From assembly GCA_964252035.1 (NCBI GenBank), contig OZ176205.1: a DNA stretch of 64,000 bases; one strand, 5' to 3'. Under the pieces are notes generated by a model, which saw only the letters and a program-made list of their open reading frames with translations, made no database searches and was not told the origin of the DNA. Numbering within the stretch: the stretch's first letter is position 1; every line of letters begins with the position of its first letter. Source of the stretch: Podarcis erhardii (lineage: Eukaryota). The position numbers and the translations under genes are program-made. Of this stretch, positions 42,308-56,481 are shown piece by piece.

Positions 42308-43758
42308 TTAGTTAATAGTTTTAGAGCAGATAAGACTTGGTAAACACACACCTACACCAACACACTTACACCAACACGCTTACGCTTACTGATACCGCTT
42401 TTGTCTGTGTGTGCAGTGTGTCTTACAGTTGCACCCCTGTATTAAAAGATGCCAGTGTTTTGTCACCTGCAGTGAAGTGGTAAATGAATCATGGTCATGG
42501 AGCTGGCAATTTCATGGCCCCTGGTTTAACCACTGAAACAGGATTTGTAGATATGCAAACCCTTTAACATTAGTCAAGTGGCCCTCAAACATGGATTTAG
42601 CTCCCACCACCTTTGCAGGAGCTAAAAGTGTGAACCAGTTTTACAGATGCTTCTCTCCTGTCTCCACACAGATCAATGGAGCAAATGCTTTTCAGTCAAC
42701 CGGCATAGTGAAAGTAATGGGTCAATAAGCAGAAGGTCAACCAATGGTGGTTCTCCCAAAGCCCAGTCAATGGGAGCAGGGGTTGCTTATAGATGCCCCT
42801 ACTGTTCCTTTTTCTCCTGCCGGCTATATACTTGGTTGCTATGGCTCCCTTACCACTTCCTGCCTCTTTGCTCCATTTCGTAAATTTCTTATCAGACTTC
42901 TGCATCTTTGCCTTAGTTGCTGCATCCAGAGTCCCTGGTGGCCACCACAACTTGTGATGATCCGGAAGTGTGGCTTGCAACCTAAATATCCACGTACTGA
43001 AGACTACACACATGCAAAGAGGTGCTTTTATTTACAAGGCACTACAACAGGCTGCCTGGGGAATCAGAAACCACGTTAAAAACACAGACCTTCTATTTGC
43101 CAGATGGGGTTATCTATAACATAAATGTAAGCCAATTACAGAGTTGCAAATCTGCCTGCAGATTTGAGGGCAGGGACCACACACCCCTTTGTAGCTGGGG
43201 TTAACGGAAACGGTCAGATTTTTATTAACCTGCATGAACACAATTAGTTTCAAAGAGGAAATTAGTGCCCAGGTCTATGGCAATCAAATCTTAATACTAC
43301 TACACTTTGGCTGTGATCCAGAGCTCCATGCACCAATAGGGTTCTCATTGACTCTATGGGTTGTAACCTGCTGAAATTAATAAACCTAAATTAGCCATGT
43401 CCATCAGCTTCAGTGGGTCTATGCTCAGTAGAACTAGCACTGAATTCAATCTTGTGGTAGATGGAACACCATGAAAGTGACTATGTTTATGGAGAAGCCT
43501 ACACTCTCACCCTGTATATACATGGCTGCCCATAATACTGATATAAAAAGGCTGCTCTGGTAGGGAAGATCTTTGGATAGCAATCAAAGCAGAGGTGCTG
43601 AGCTGGAGAGTGGCTGGGACTTGAGGAAGAACCTGTTTCCTTTCTTTTCCCTCTAATATCACATTTGAACACAGCCCTGCCTAAGGCAGAATTCTGCTTG
43701 TGAAACATTAGATCTTCTTTGAATTATTCCATCCCGCCCAGAATAATTGTAAAACTCA

Positions 43759-43902
<144 letters not shown>

Positions 43903-44891
43903 TTATGGAAACAAACACCAACCTTTGTTAAGTTTTATTGTATGTATTTCAGACTGCAACGTATAGACTGCACTGTCCTCCGGACAGGTTACATTTTACG
44001 AACAGACCATTTGGGTAATCCTATAAATGTGGCTGGAGCAACTGTAAACAAGAGTCTTGTATAACATACTTAAGACTTTTATTTACAGAACTCTGAAAGA
44101 CTCCACATACACTCTGCTAAGCTCTCACAAACACTGCTCTCTATTTTTCTGTATTTCCAGTAAGTGAAGCCAGAATTTTCCCAATTCATGAGCTACACCC
44201 TATGATAAAGTTTTTTCCATCCTCCTTCTCCTCTTCCTAAAAACTTAAATACAAAGTCAAGGAGCATGAAATATACAAGCAGTACAGACAGTTATGCACA
44301 ACTTAAATTATCTTCATATACATATAGTATACCTGCTGTGAGTTACGTTTTACTGCTCCAACAATGTGCAATATTAAAATGTGCAATATAGATTTTCTTT
44401 CCGTTCACCTTATTTAATTTGTATGCAACAGGTAAGCTTGGTCATGAATTGCATGCGGTTCACATTCTTTCAAAAATTGGATTTATCTAAGCTCTACAGC
44501 GTTTTACATAGAGCATTTATGCTGTAATAACCACATGAGACAAATTCCCTCCAGTTTGTGTAAAAAACAAACAAACAATAATTGTTTTTAAGTGCAAGGC
44601 TTATAATAAGAGTAAATCTGTCTTCTTATTCTTAACCAATAGTTGATCTCAACAGGACACGACAACTACAAGTGGAAAAAGGTTGAAAAAGGTTTTCTGA
44701 AAAGGCTCTTAATTATCGTGGTGGACACTGACCTTAGGATGCTTGGTGAGTGCTGTACCATCTAGTCCTCTGCCAGTCAACCTGGCTGGCTTTATCCAGT
44801 AAAGATAGAGGTGCTATGCTCAAAATGGTGCTTGCCTTTCCCTAGGAGATTCTCTGTTCTCCTGGTTGTCCAGCACCCATATATTTCAAAG

Positions 44892-45028
44892 CAGGCTTCC
44901 TCAAACTCGGCCCTCCAGATGTTTTTTGGCCTACAGCTCCCATGATCCCTAGCTAGCAGGCCCAGTGGTCAGGGATGATGGGAATCGTAGTCTCAAAACA
45001 TCTAGAGGGCCAAGTTTGAGGAAGCCTG
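44892..45028. mobile_element. hAT MITE, same family as 7152-7284
   Basis: TIR caggcttcctcaaact...agtttgaggaagcctg; degenerate 8-bp TSD tttcaaag/atttaaag. Confidence 0.8.
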
Positions 45029-45217
45029 ATTTAAAGCACTTTCCTCAGTGAGTCTGCATGCTGATTATACAAATGAGCACCAAAGGATAACCTACATTCA
45101 AAGAAGAACAGTACTTGGAAAAGGTACTACAAGTACACATTCTACAAGTGCTGCCACCACACACTGGGTTGTTCTTCCCACAAGGCAAGCAATGTCTTTT
45201 CTAGGCACCCTGCTCAC

Positions 45218-45388
45218 CTGAGATGTTGCGGAAGACACGGAAGGTGACGGGGATGCTGGGGGTGTCAACAGGCTGCATGGTAAATTCAGAGTAACGTAGT
45301 GTTCATGGCTGCAGACGATGCGGAGGAAATCCAACCTCAAGGACACAAGGGTGCTCGGGTTGGGTAAGGAATAAAGCTTGGATGACAC
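45218..45388 (-). CDS. DOCK7: DOCK7 exon
   Basis: tacaag|gtgtca...tctcag|gtgagc; [57 protein letters not shown]; 171 nt. Confidence 0.95.
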
Positions 45389-45458
45389 CTTGTAAAGACG
45401 GGGAAAACAGTTAAAGAGTTACAGGCCACAAGAAGCCACTGCCGCACAGAAATTACAG

Positions 45459-45790
45459 CTACAATTAATCCTGCATGCGGCTGCTAGACTGACTGGCAGC
45501 AGCCACCAGGACCACATAACACATCCTAAAAGACCTACATTGGCTCCCAGTACATTTCCGAGCACAATTCAAAGTGTTGGTGCTGAGCTTTAAAGCCCTA
45601 CACGGTTTCAGCCCTGTATATCTGAAGGAGCATCTCCACCCCCATCGTTCAGCCTGGACACTGAGGTCCAGCTCCAAGGGCCTTTTGGTGGTTCCTTCAC
45701 TGAGAGAAGTGAAGCTATAGGGAACCAGACAGAAGGCATTTCGGTAGTTGCACCACCCACTCTGTGGAATGCCCTCCCACCAGATGTCAA
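45459..45790 (+). mobile_element. L2-clade LINE ORF2 3' fragment
   Basis: gacctacattggctcccagtacatttccgagcacaattcaaagtgttgg...gtggaatgccctcccaccagatgtcaaa; reverse-complement match to 63740-64000. Confidence 0.85.
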
Positions 45791-46020
45791 ACTGGCCCAG
45801 TGCCCTGGCCTCCCCTGAAAATGCCAGCCTCAAATTGACAACTGAAAGTGAAGCTCCTGTCACTCCACCAGGCATCTGCTCTGACGAATTCTGCTCCAGA
45901 GATGAACTTTCCTTCTGCTCCTACTCTCCTCCTTTCCCCTTCCCTGCTGCAGTTTCCAAAGATTCTCTGCTTTCACCTCACGCCAACCCATCCCCACCTC
46001 TTTTTATCCGGAGACTTTAC

Positions 46021-46134
46021 CTGTTTGTAGTACACCTTAGTAAGGCTGAAGACAAATCCTCTGTCCATAACAGTGAGCAGATCGTTTAGGAAGAAGGCTA
46101 AGCTAGTGTTGAGCCTTTCAATCATTTCAGCATC
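46021..46134 (-). CDS. DOCK7: DOCK7 exon
   Basis: tgtag|gatgct...aaacag|gtaaag; [38 protein letters not shown]; 114 nt. Confidence 0.95.
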
Positions 46135-46302
46135 CTACATTGGGGTGGGGCAGAAGGGAATGAAAGGAAAGGAACAGAGATAAACACTGAGGCTTCATGC
46201 TAAGGCCCTCATCCAAGAATATGTCTTGCATCATCTGGAAGTTATCGTTCAGAATCAGCGGTTAAAATTTTGACAAGAGCACGGCTGAACTTCTTCCATT
46301 AC

Positions 46303-46443
46303 CTTCTGAAACCGGGAGACTATATCACTGGCAATTGTGCTGACCAGAGCAGCTATGTCATCCATGAAGCGCTCCGGAAAACGATTCTTCCTTGGAGCAT
46401 CGAGTTTGTCAGCAAAATACAAATGATGCACCATACTTTTTAC
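46303..46443 (-). CDS. DOCK7: DOCK7 exon
   Basis: ctccag|gtaaaa...cagaag|gtaatg; [47 protein letters not shown]; 141 nt. Confidence 0.95.
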
Positions 46444-46778
46444 CTGGAGGGAACATATATTATAAGTTGCAGTCAGCTGCAAGTGGAGAGGGTCGGGAGA
46501 GAAAAAAATCAGCCATGGATAGATAGCACTGTGTTTTGATGCCTTTCTTTAACACAAACCAGTCACAACAATAGCTACAGATCCATCCTGTTTGGTGAGG
46601 GGCAGAATTTTCACCTCTAAACATTTCCTGGTGTTTCAAGTGGGGCAAAATACATCCTGTCCTCTCCTTTCAAATTTATTTTTTGTGCGTGTGCCTGCTC
46701 CCAGCCCAAGCTGCTGCTGCTGCTTCTTCTGAGCTATGCTTTCCCTTTTTATTTCTTCTTAAAATTACACAGTAAGTA

Positions 46779-46963
46779 GAGCCAAAGCTCAATGGTACAG
46801 CATCTGATTTGCATGCAGAAGGTCCCAGGTTCAATCCCCAGTATCCCCAGGTAGGACTTGATATATACCCAGTCTGGAATCCTGGAGAACTGCTGCCAGT
46901 CAGTGTATGCAATACTGAGCTAGATAGACCAAAGGTCTGACTCAGTATAAGACAAGCTTCCTA
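46779..46963 (+). mobile_element. Squam3-like tRNA-derived SINE, near full length
   Basis: A box agctcaatgg, B box ggttcaatccc, body gctgccagtcagtgtatgcaatactgagctagatagacc, tail gcttccta. Confidence 0.8.
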
Positions 46964-47653
46964 CATGGTGAAGTCAAAGCCCCACATAGCCAATCAGAAG
47001 ACCTGTTCCCTGCCTTGCCACAATGCAAGAGTGAGCAATGAAACCGGTGCTGGCTCCAAATTTTGTGGGGCCCTTTAATAAGAGGCTTTCAGTGGTATCT
47101 CCTTCCTGAGTGGCCTTTCTTCTCAACACCACTGTCGCTGTTCCCCATTCACACCTCCTCTCGCTCTGGGCCCAATCTGAACCACTGGCCAGAAGAAAGA
47201 TGAAGGCTCATGGCACTGCCCACTCGGGGGAAAACAAGTGAACATAAGCAGATAGTAAATAACAGGGCTGGGCAATAGGCCCCCTCCTGGAATGTAGTCC
47301 TTGGCAGCACCCAACCATGCTGACCATCGTCACCCACAGCACCTTGAACGAAATGGCTGCAAGTCATGGAGCATTCTCACAGCTGCCTTCGCAATGGGGA
47401 TGCCCCCACAAACATTTCTCTACACTCTTCTGAGCCCCTTCTCATCACTGAGGAGACTCTGCAAAACTGTTTTTGAGAAGCCGTCTGCCACCCTCCCTCC
47501 TCCAAGGTCCTGTCTCATCTCTAATTCACACTACCTAGTGGAATTATTCAAGGGCATTTCAAGTGTTGCACTAGCACAAGCACCTGGGAAATCAGTGGAA
47601 TTAAGGTGAAACAGAAGAGAGAGAAAATGAAGCAGATTTCCTTGTTCTCTTAC

Positions 47654-47749
47654 CATAAGCTCGAAGAAGAACCACGCTTGCTGGAGAGCTGCCTCCCGTA
47701 CACTCCCACTGCAGACAACCCACTGTAAGGCCAGTTCTTCATGAAAAAG
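47654..47749 (-). CDS. DOCK7: DOCK7 exon
   Basis: gctag|cttttt...cttatg|gtaaga; [32 protein letters not shown]; 96 nt. Confidence 0.95.
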
Positions 47750-48010
47750 CTAGCCAGATTCAAATTCACATTCGGTATCAGTTGCATGATAATTTTCAAA
47801 CACACAATCCATTAAAAAGACCACAGCAGTAACAGTGGACACACAGGGTTGGTGTGGACATAATACTAAAGCATTATTAGACTTAAGAGAACAAGTCTAG
47901 CTTCCCTTAGCTCATATGATCCCTCTCGCCTTCCCCAATGCAGATATATAGAGGAATCTGGAAGCTTTTGATTCTGTTTTTTATTATTATAATTAAGCAA
48001 AGCTTGTTGT

Positions 48011-48129
48011 GTCATTCAAACATGAATGAACTGTGGTTAAGTCTTAACTATGGTGGACAGAAACAAATATGAAGTTGGCTTCTTTTCCCTAACCATAGTC
48101 AAGATTAACCAGTTTAAGGTTTGAATGAT
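48011..48129. repeat. Old palindromic MITE-like inverted repeat
   Basis: gtcattcaaac...tggttaagtcttaactatggt / accatagtcaagattaacca...gtttgaatgat. Confidence 0.6.
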
Positions 48130-48957
48130 GTATTAAACTGTACTTAATCTAAAAAGTGGAAGCTTCTAGTCTCCTCTTCACAGGCATAGTGGAGAAGTGG
48201 CGAGTCCAGGGGGAGGCCAAGCTCATTCTCATAAAGCTAAATCATGGTTAAGCATTTATGTCCGAACACAGTCACAGTGAAGGATGAGAGTAAGCAAAAC
48301 AACGAGTGTGAAGGGAACAGCAATGGTAAATGTGCTTTGATGAAATACTTGGGGAACAACATCAGACCACAGTGTGTACTGTGTGAGAGAAATATTTCAC
48401 ATCACCTTGGTCCAGAATTTTATTATCAGTGGGTTTTTTTTTTTTAAATCACTCTTTTTCCCTCAAAATGCTTGCTTTAGTTTTAAACATTTTGCCTAGC
48501 CTTTTCGTAACAGAATCAAGAAAAGGAGAACCTCTAAGGTACACAGGATGATACTTTATCAAAGCAAATTATAATTTGCTCTGTGATTCTGGCAAAGATT
48601 ATAAACATAAGGCATTAGGCTGAATAAATCATCATGAGCTTCTCTCTTCTGGTTCGTGAATTGTTGCCTTCCCTCTTGTTTTTCTTATCTTGGCACCACA
48701 AAGGGGCATAATTGACAGCTACTTATGTAGGGATGTTTTGTTGTTTTGTTTCATTTTTAAAAATCAGGCTTTCATAAGGAAGTAGTTCATTCCTAAGCCT
48801 GGGGGAGGTGAGAGGGACACTGCTAGAGTGAACATAATCATGCTATCACAGTTGCTTCTGACAACATGCTCCTCTCTCTCATTTTGATCTTACCAGAGGG
48901 GCATAAGACAGAACAGCAGAGGTTGACTGGCCACTTGACATGTATGATTTAGTTGAG

Positions 48958-49030
48958 ATTCCTGCATTGCAGGGAGTTGGACTAGATGACCCGCAGGGTC
49001 CCCTTCCAATTCTACAATTCTGTTATTCTA
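48958..49030 (+). mobile_element. 3' fragment of the same CR1-tailed SINE/LINE
   Basis: attcctgcattgcagggagttggactagatgacccgcagggtccccttccaattctacaattctgttattct; matches 15476-15545 in the opposite orientation. Confidence 0.75.
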
Positions 49031-49765
49031 TGGAACCATGAGGCCCCTGCAACATTAGAACAAACACTTCCCTCAGCGGTGTTAAAAATGCAATTTATGC
49101 TTTGGCATGTGGGTAGAGTGCTGCTGAAACTAAATGTAAGATACAGTTCTGAAGCACAAACAGCCTCCCGGAAGAAGATAGGAGGCAGAGGAGGGAAACA
49201 GTTCATCCCTGGAAGGTACTTGACAGGAAGGAGCTCCTGTTTGTTCCTCCCCTACCTTCCGTTGCGGTAGGTGGAAAAGACCTGCTTGGGGAGGTTCCTA
49301 GCAGGATAAAAGTTTAGCAGTGCTATTATCTCTTCCCCTCGCTTAGAAGAAGTAAAGAATGAATGGGAAGGATGATGGAAAAGATGGCAGGAGTTTTTTC
49401 TGGCTCTCATTTATTCGCTCCAAAACTTGTGAAAAACCAAGACAGATAATGGTCTGTGGGAGCCACTGCAGAGCCCACATTTCTTGCGCATCTGCTTAAA
49501 TCTTTGTACAATTATTGAGAGAATTGTTTAAAATTGGAGAGGGGAACTCTTTTGAAACCATAAGTGAATCTTCTGAAACGTTTTATGACAGCCTGAAGCC
49601 CTGATTTTTAACTGAGCAACCTTGGCTCTAAGCTGACTCAGCACTCTCAAAATCAAGACACAAAGGCAGGGAACCCACTAAAGTGTGATGGCTTTAATGG
49701 TTTATAGTGACTTAAAACTTCCCTGCCTTCCATACAATGTTTAAATTGTCTTCACTAAAATCTAC

Positions 49766-49855
49766 CTTTTTAGTTGGCAACCGTCCTGTTAATGTTTGTA
49801 AGAAACTTGACGTCTCTGTGTGCGAAGACATACGATTACAACTTCGGTCTGTAGC
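49766..49855 (-). CDS. DOCK7: DOCK7 exon
   Basis: tgtag|gctaca...aaaaag|gtagat; [30 protein letters not shown]; 90 nt. Confidence 0.93.
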
Positions 49856-51042
49856 CTACAGAGTGGGAAATGAATGAATGATGACAGCACATTAAAGTTG
49901 GTTGCGGGTGACATTTGCAGTTCGGGGGCTACGCACATCAACAAAGTAAACAGAAACATCCAGGTATCAAATTCTTTTGTGCATCTCGTCAAATAAAGGC
50001 CCAGTCCGGACAATCATTTGAGGAATCATAAGACAAGATTTATGAAGCTGGGAATGAGTGCAGGGGCCAAGCATCCTTCCCTTCCACCTCCATCCAATTT
50101 GGGCATGGAAACCATTCCACACTGTGGAATTCTGGCTTAATGTTCATTAACAAATCAGAAACTAAGTCAGGATGTGATCTAATCCCGGCTTATTTTCCTT
50201 GTTTGTTAACCAACATTAAGACATTGTTCCTCAGTTTTGATACAAAAACCAGGATCTTTACACCAAAGCTGTCGTGCAGCATGAGGAGAAGAGGGGAGAG
50301 AAGGGGAGCTTGACCCTGACTTCATAAGCCATGGCTTACAAAGTCTCAAATGCAATTTGTTTAGCAAAACATCTGCAGGGTTTAGGGCTCAGGCTTCTTT
50401 AAAATCAAGTGCAAAGTTTTTGCATAAAGATATGTATTGTTGCAAAGCATGAAACTGGTGTGTAGCAGCATTATATTCTCTTGACGTGTATATTAAGAAA
50501 ACAGTGTACTTTAAGATATCAGCGCCATTCCTTCCAGCTTAAACAAATGCGGGGTTCTTACCTCCAAAGTATAATCCAATACCAATGGTTATTGCTCTAA
50601 ATGCGACTTTTTTGATTCTTAAATCTGGTTTTTATTTTGACTGCTTTTTGACTAGAATGATGTTCATTTCTATCAGGTTTGTTTGGGCTTGAAAAAATGT
50701 TGTTTTGCTTTTGTAGATAAAGCTGAGAGGTATGTTCAACTGACTTCAACCCATTCATTTGTTGGTACAAATATCCAATAAATCAATAATCATGCAGTGT
50801 TAAGAAGCAAGCAGCTAAGGTTATAGTGTCAAGACCCTACATAGTTCATACTTTGCAACAAAGGTATCTCTTATGACACCCCCCACAGTATCCAAATGTT
50901 ATTAGCTGAGATGAAGATCTAGCATATACAACAATGCCGTTTTAATTGCAGTCACCTATTCACATGACAAAAGGAGGAGGGGTGGATGAGGAAGAAAAAT
51001 GCATTATGAAAATGGTAAAAAGGAAAAGTGTCATGTTACCAA

Positions 51043-51069
51043 AACAACAACAACAACAACAACAACAAC
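51043..51069. repeat. (AAC)9 microsatellite
   Basis: Direct read. Confidence 0.95.
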
Positions 51070-51430
51070 TACTTATATTTGGGGGAGGGGATTCTTAGTA
51101 CATGTTTCCATTAGGAATATGTGTCACCTAACAATTCAGAACTTTTGTAGTGGTAGATTATAAAGAAAGGGGGAAAGGAAAATAAATTATATAGCATCAT
51201 CATTTCACAAACCCAGAAACAACTGAAACACAAAGCGAGGACAAACAGTGGTGGCAAGTGGGTGGTTTTTCATGCAGTGTGGCGGTGGTGGGGGTGGGGA
51301 ATGAGGACATGGAACTCTTCAAAATAGATAAAGGCAAGTCAAGGAGACCACAGTGTAAACTTGGGGGGATAAGATGTTCTATAAGGTAATATTAGCCAAG
51401 GCAAGAAGAAAGCTCTAATGTAGACACCAC

Positions 51431-51523
51431 CTGTGTAGTCTCTGCACTTGGACTGGGGTTGGATCCCCATGGGGCAGCTTTTGGAACACCAGTGTTTACC
51501 CAGGAATTGGAGCGGTCTAAGCC
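51431..51523 (-). CDS. DOCK7: DOCK7 93-nt cassette-type exon
   Basis: gcccag|ggctta...acacag|gtggtg; [31 protein letters not shown]; symmetric phase 0, weak donor. Confidence 0.92.
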
Positions 51524-53575
51524 CTGGGCATATAACAGAAAGCAGCAGGGAAAGGAAAGAAATGTTACATGTTGCATGCCACACAGTACAGGAAAACACA
51601 GAGAAAATCAATTCCTTCAAAGAAACCCAGAGTGCATTCCATACAATTAGTACTGTTAAAACTAACTACGTTTTAGTCCAACGGGTTATTTCTCTCATTT
51701 CCTCATCACACACGAGCTCACATGCTAAAAAGATGGATATCTTCAATAAAGGGCATCTTTTCAAATTTCCCTATTTTTATTGATTTTTAAAAAATATATA
51801 AGAAAAGCACTCTCATAAATATATGTATGATGCTGTATCTATAGGCCCAGATCCAAATAAAGCCAGTCACACTGAAATTAGTGGAACTTATAAATGAGTT
51901 GCAGTTAAACTTGTCTTATAAATTTCAGTGAGATTTAGGAGCAGCTAATTTTGCCTGAATTTGGGTCATTGATTACATCTTAAAGAAACCATTTTTGTGG
52001 GTTTTTAAACAAATACAAGAACCATTAAACATTTATCCAGCAGTACATCTAATGGTGTTTGTTCTAGCCATTGACTTTAGACATAAACTTACATATTCAA
52101 TGTTCAAACATATTACTTAACATAACCTCTCCACTGAGACTATTGAGCGGTTGGTGTAACAAGGATTTTATCTTATTACTTCAAAGAAAGTAGCCTCATC
52201 AGGCCTCTCTTCACCAGCTCAGACTAATGAAACCTGTCCACATACATTTCTGGGCACACAAAAATCGATATCTGAACACAGATGCACCCAAATTGCTGTT
52301 TCAAAAGTTTCCTAGTTTCCTGTAAATTGCTACAGCCATCCTGTTGGCATTTTATACTTGGACCAAAGGTCCCTGAACCAAACACTGGCAGATAAATAAT
52401 GAATAAACAATCCAAGTCTCAGAGTCAAAATTTATAAACCATGAAGCAATATGAAAGCACTCTTAGGAGTTTAGAAACTTGCAGTAACTAAAGTTCAACA
52501 AGCTGGGGCAAGAACAGTCCTGCAATCAAAATTTCTGTAAGATGCGGTTTGTGGTTGGTTGGTGTTCCACCTGCCTTTTAAAAATCCATTGGCCAGTCTG
52601 AGTGCCAATCATGTCCTTGTATTGTATTCCTCCTTCCACTCCCCCAGCTCCCACCTCACACTCCCTCACCCCCTGGGTGCAGGGCACGAACTGGAATAAT
52701 CCAATCCATAATTTAGACCCAATCTATATTTTTTTCTAAAGCAAAACAGGATTTCAAAAGCATAGCAAAAAGCCCCAAATCAGATTTTGGTCGGGGAAAG
52801 AAATCATGACACTTCCAAAGCAAAATTGAGGGTTTCCACTGATTTTGATGTGCCCAGAGTTTTACAATATCTCTGCCAGGCTGTCGCATTACTCCTTCCA
52901 GCTTATTAAAAAGCAGAATATGTTTCTGTAAGAAAGCTTCTATCCATTTTTATTGCCAAATTACTCAAGGCCAGGCAGCTCACATAAAACTTATCATATC
53001 CAAGGTAAATTCCATGTGCACATCACTCCCTCAGGCATTTCACAAAAAGGTCAAGGTGGTTTAATTAGCAAGACCATCAAATGGATACTTAAATATTCTG
53101 AGCTCTCCCAGTCAAAGCCTTTAATGTTTAATAAGAACAACACGTGTCGCTTTTTGGGGTGAAATGGTTTTTTTTTTAATCATTCAAAAATTATTAAATT
53201 CTTTGGTGCTTCCATTTCCATCTTGCCCTTTTATACAAACGGGGCGATGACTTAAAAAAATAAAGTGCCTTCGATTGATTTTTCATGTAACTGGGTGTAA
53301 AACGCTTTTAAAGTGGCTCATAAAATAATTTGGACCGAAAGGAAAAAGTAAAGGTCAGAACTTCACAATAAAAGAGTCTGCTCTTTCGTTGCCTTTGTCC
53401 TTGTACAGGTAGAGCACCTTGAAAAGTAACCTGCTTACGGCTGCAAACACCCTTTGAGCGCTGCCTTCCTGAACAAGCAAGGACATCACGGCACATTTTA
53501 AAGTACAAGCTGCATCCAATTTAGGGCGGAAAACACTGCCTGGACCTCAGTGGGGTTTGAAAATGTAAGAGATTA

Positions 53576-53836
<261 letters not shown>

Positions 53837-54457
53837 TCAACAAGGTGGCATGAGGCGGAATACCGTATACCAAACCAACACTAGTTCCACTTCAAGTACC
53901 AGTCACTTCCACAGCTTCCTCAATGGCACTGTTGGCAGATCCCTTGGGTTCAAGTCATCCTTTGTGTTGCCTTCACTTCCCATCGGTCTCTGAAAATGAT
54001 TGCCTTTGAAGCTTTCAAAGGAGGGACTGGAAGCCCCAGCTGGTCTGAAATTCATGCAGTGCCTTCATCAAGATGCCTGCACTTACTCAGTGGTGAGGAA
54101 AAGAGCCTGAACAGATGAGCCTTTATTCAACAAACCACAAGGGAAGGAAGATCTTTTGACACCACCCATTCCAGCTGAAGCTGCTTGTATCCCACAGAAA
54201 TATGTTCCTTGAGGTTGTGGGACCACTCAGCATGGGTGGACAGGAGATGGGGAGCAACCATGTGGAGGTGGAAACTGGGAAGCATTAGGGACTCTGGTGC
54301 ATCGAAGCAATGGTTGTGTGCACCGCCCTTTGTGTCAACTAACTCACATGTTCTCTTGCAAAAACTAGGCTCAGCCTCTGACAAACCCCAAGACGACTAA
54401 CACCTGGAAAAGCATGCCCAGCAGTTCCAACCTTTACCTCCCAAAAAGAGAACCTAC

Positions 54458-54622
54458 CTGAAGATGGGGAATTGGGAAAGGTGTTTGGCAAGCGAAAAAC
54501 GTAATAAATATATGAGGTGAGGAGGTTGTTTCTGCCATGCTGGTCTTGGTTTCCTTCAAGGTTTTTGTGGAGTCTGTTTACAATAGAGGCCATGGCTTCA
54601 AAAGACGCTTGACCCAGATTTA
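54458..54622 (-). CDS. DOCK7: DOCK7 exon
   Basis: tttag|taaatc...tcttcag|gtaggt; [54 protein letters not shown]; 165 nt. Confidence 0.96.
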
Positions 54623-55588
54623 CTAAAAATAAATAAATCAAGCAGTTCAACATTTATCAATATAGGTAACCTCACTATCACAACAGCTTTTTTTTTTTTA
54701 AGCTAAGCCCACATTCATTTCTCATGAAAAACATTTCCAGAGGAGCTTAAGTATTTTGAAATTTAACCCTTAGTGGGGAGAGCAAGCACTTGAATTATTA
54801 AGTCTTTCTAGGATGCTGAATAGTTTATACTGTATAGCATAAATTATAAGTTCCATCAAGGAATTGGGTAAGAAATGGTTCAGGCAGCATGCCAATCAGA
54901 AAGATTGGAATCCAAATTGGTGCACTGTGGTCACAAAAAGGTTTTAGATGCAGCAGAGGTGTTTTCTAACGGAATAGAAAGAGAGATATTTTTTGCCATT
55001 TCTTCCTTCCCCCTACACTTCCCCCCATTCCACCTTCCACCCTGTTCTGGAAGATCTCTCAACTGCCTGAAGCTGAATTTTTTTAAGGTGCTAGGAGTGG
55101 CAAAAGGAAAGAAATCGCCTCTCCTCCTCGTCCATTAATGGACACCCCCACTGATCAAAGGACACCAACTGGAAATCACTAACTGTTGCAGTCAAAATGT
55201 TTAGCTCCCTTCCATTTCAATCCTCTACCACAGCTAACAAGCATACATATGTGATACATATGAAAAGGTATTGAGATGGATGGGGAAATGTTACATGTAT
55301 CATAACTGGCCAAATATAATACACTGTTGTCCCTGGGATGACTTCATAGTAATTTCAATTATCCGCACTACAGTACAAAGGAAAAGGCACTGAACGTCAA
55401 GCCAGCTCTGGCGTATTCTATTGAGAGTAACACAGAAACACACACATGGTGAACTCCAAACATCTCCTAATTCCATTCATCGAGACTTCCAATCAATGAT
55501 GGCCCCCAAATGTTACAGGTGAACAATGAAAGCATCCTTGAACATGTCCACGAAGAACAAAAGGGCTACATGTGATTATGGCAGTTTA

Positions 55589-55933
<345 letters not shown>

Positions 55934-56074
55934 CTAAGTCATGTTACTTCAAAAGCGAATTATATCCTTTGTCTAAACAAAAAATACATTTCTCTGTAAG
56001 TGAGAGAGATAGGAGAAATTATATCTAGATTGGATTCAAGCCTTTCTCATGTAGGGACTGCTATGAATACATAC

Positions 56075-56161
56075 CTGTGTATGAATAGATGACACAGCAA
56101 CTATTTCTACATTAAAAACTCCCTTATGGTTATCTACCCACTTCATTCCAGGCAGCGGCAC
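56075..56161 (-). CDS. DOCK7: DOCK7 exon (end of DHR1/C2)
   Basis: cctcag|gtgccg...acacag|gtatgt; [29 protein letters not shown]; 87 nt. Confidence 0.95.
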
Positions 56162-56358
56162 CTGAGGGTGGGGAGGAAGCAAATAATAAAAGCATTCAGG
56201 AGTCTGATTACAAAGCAGAAATATCAATTACAGATAGGTCTAGCAAAAGCAGGCACTCCATTCAATATTAGACATGGAAGATATGAACATCTTTTAAAGC
56301 TTGCTGTCTAAGTAAGGAGTCAGAATATTTCAGATGCCTACTGGTTAAATTGTCATTA

Positions 56359-56481
<123 letters not shown>

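Noticed and set aside
46779-46850. tRNA-like sequences (also 15560-15622 and 21470-21524) as tRNA genes
   Set aside because: They continue into SINE bodies and tails and lack an intact cloverleaf; annotated as SINE heads.
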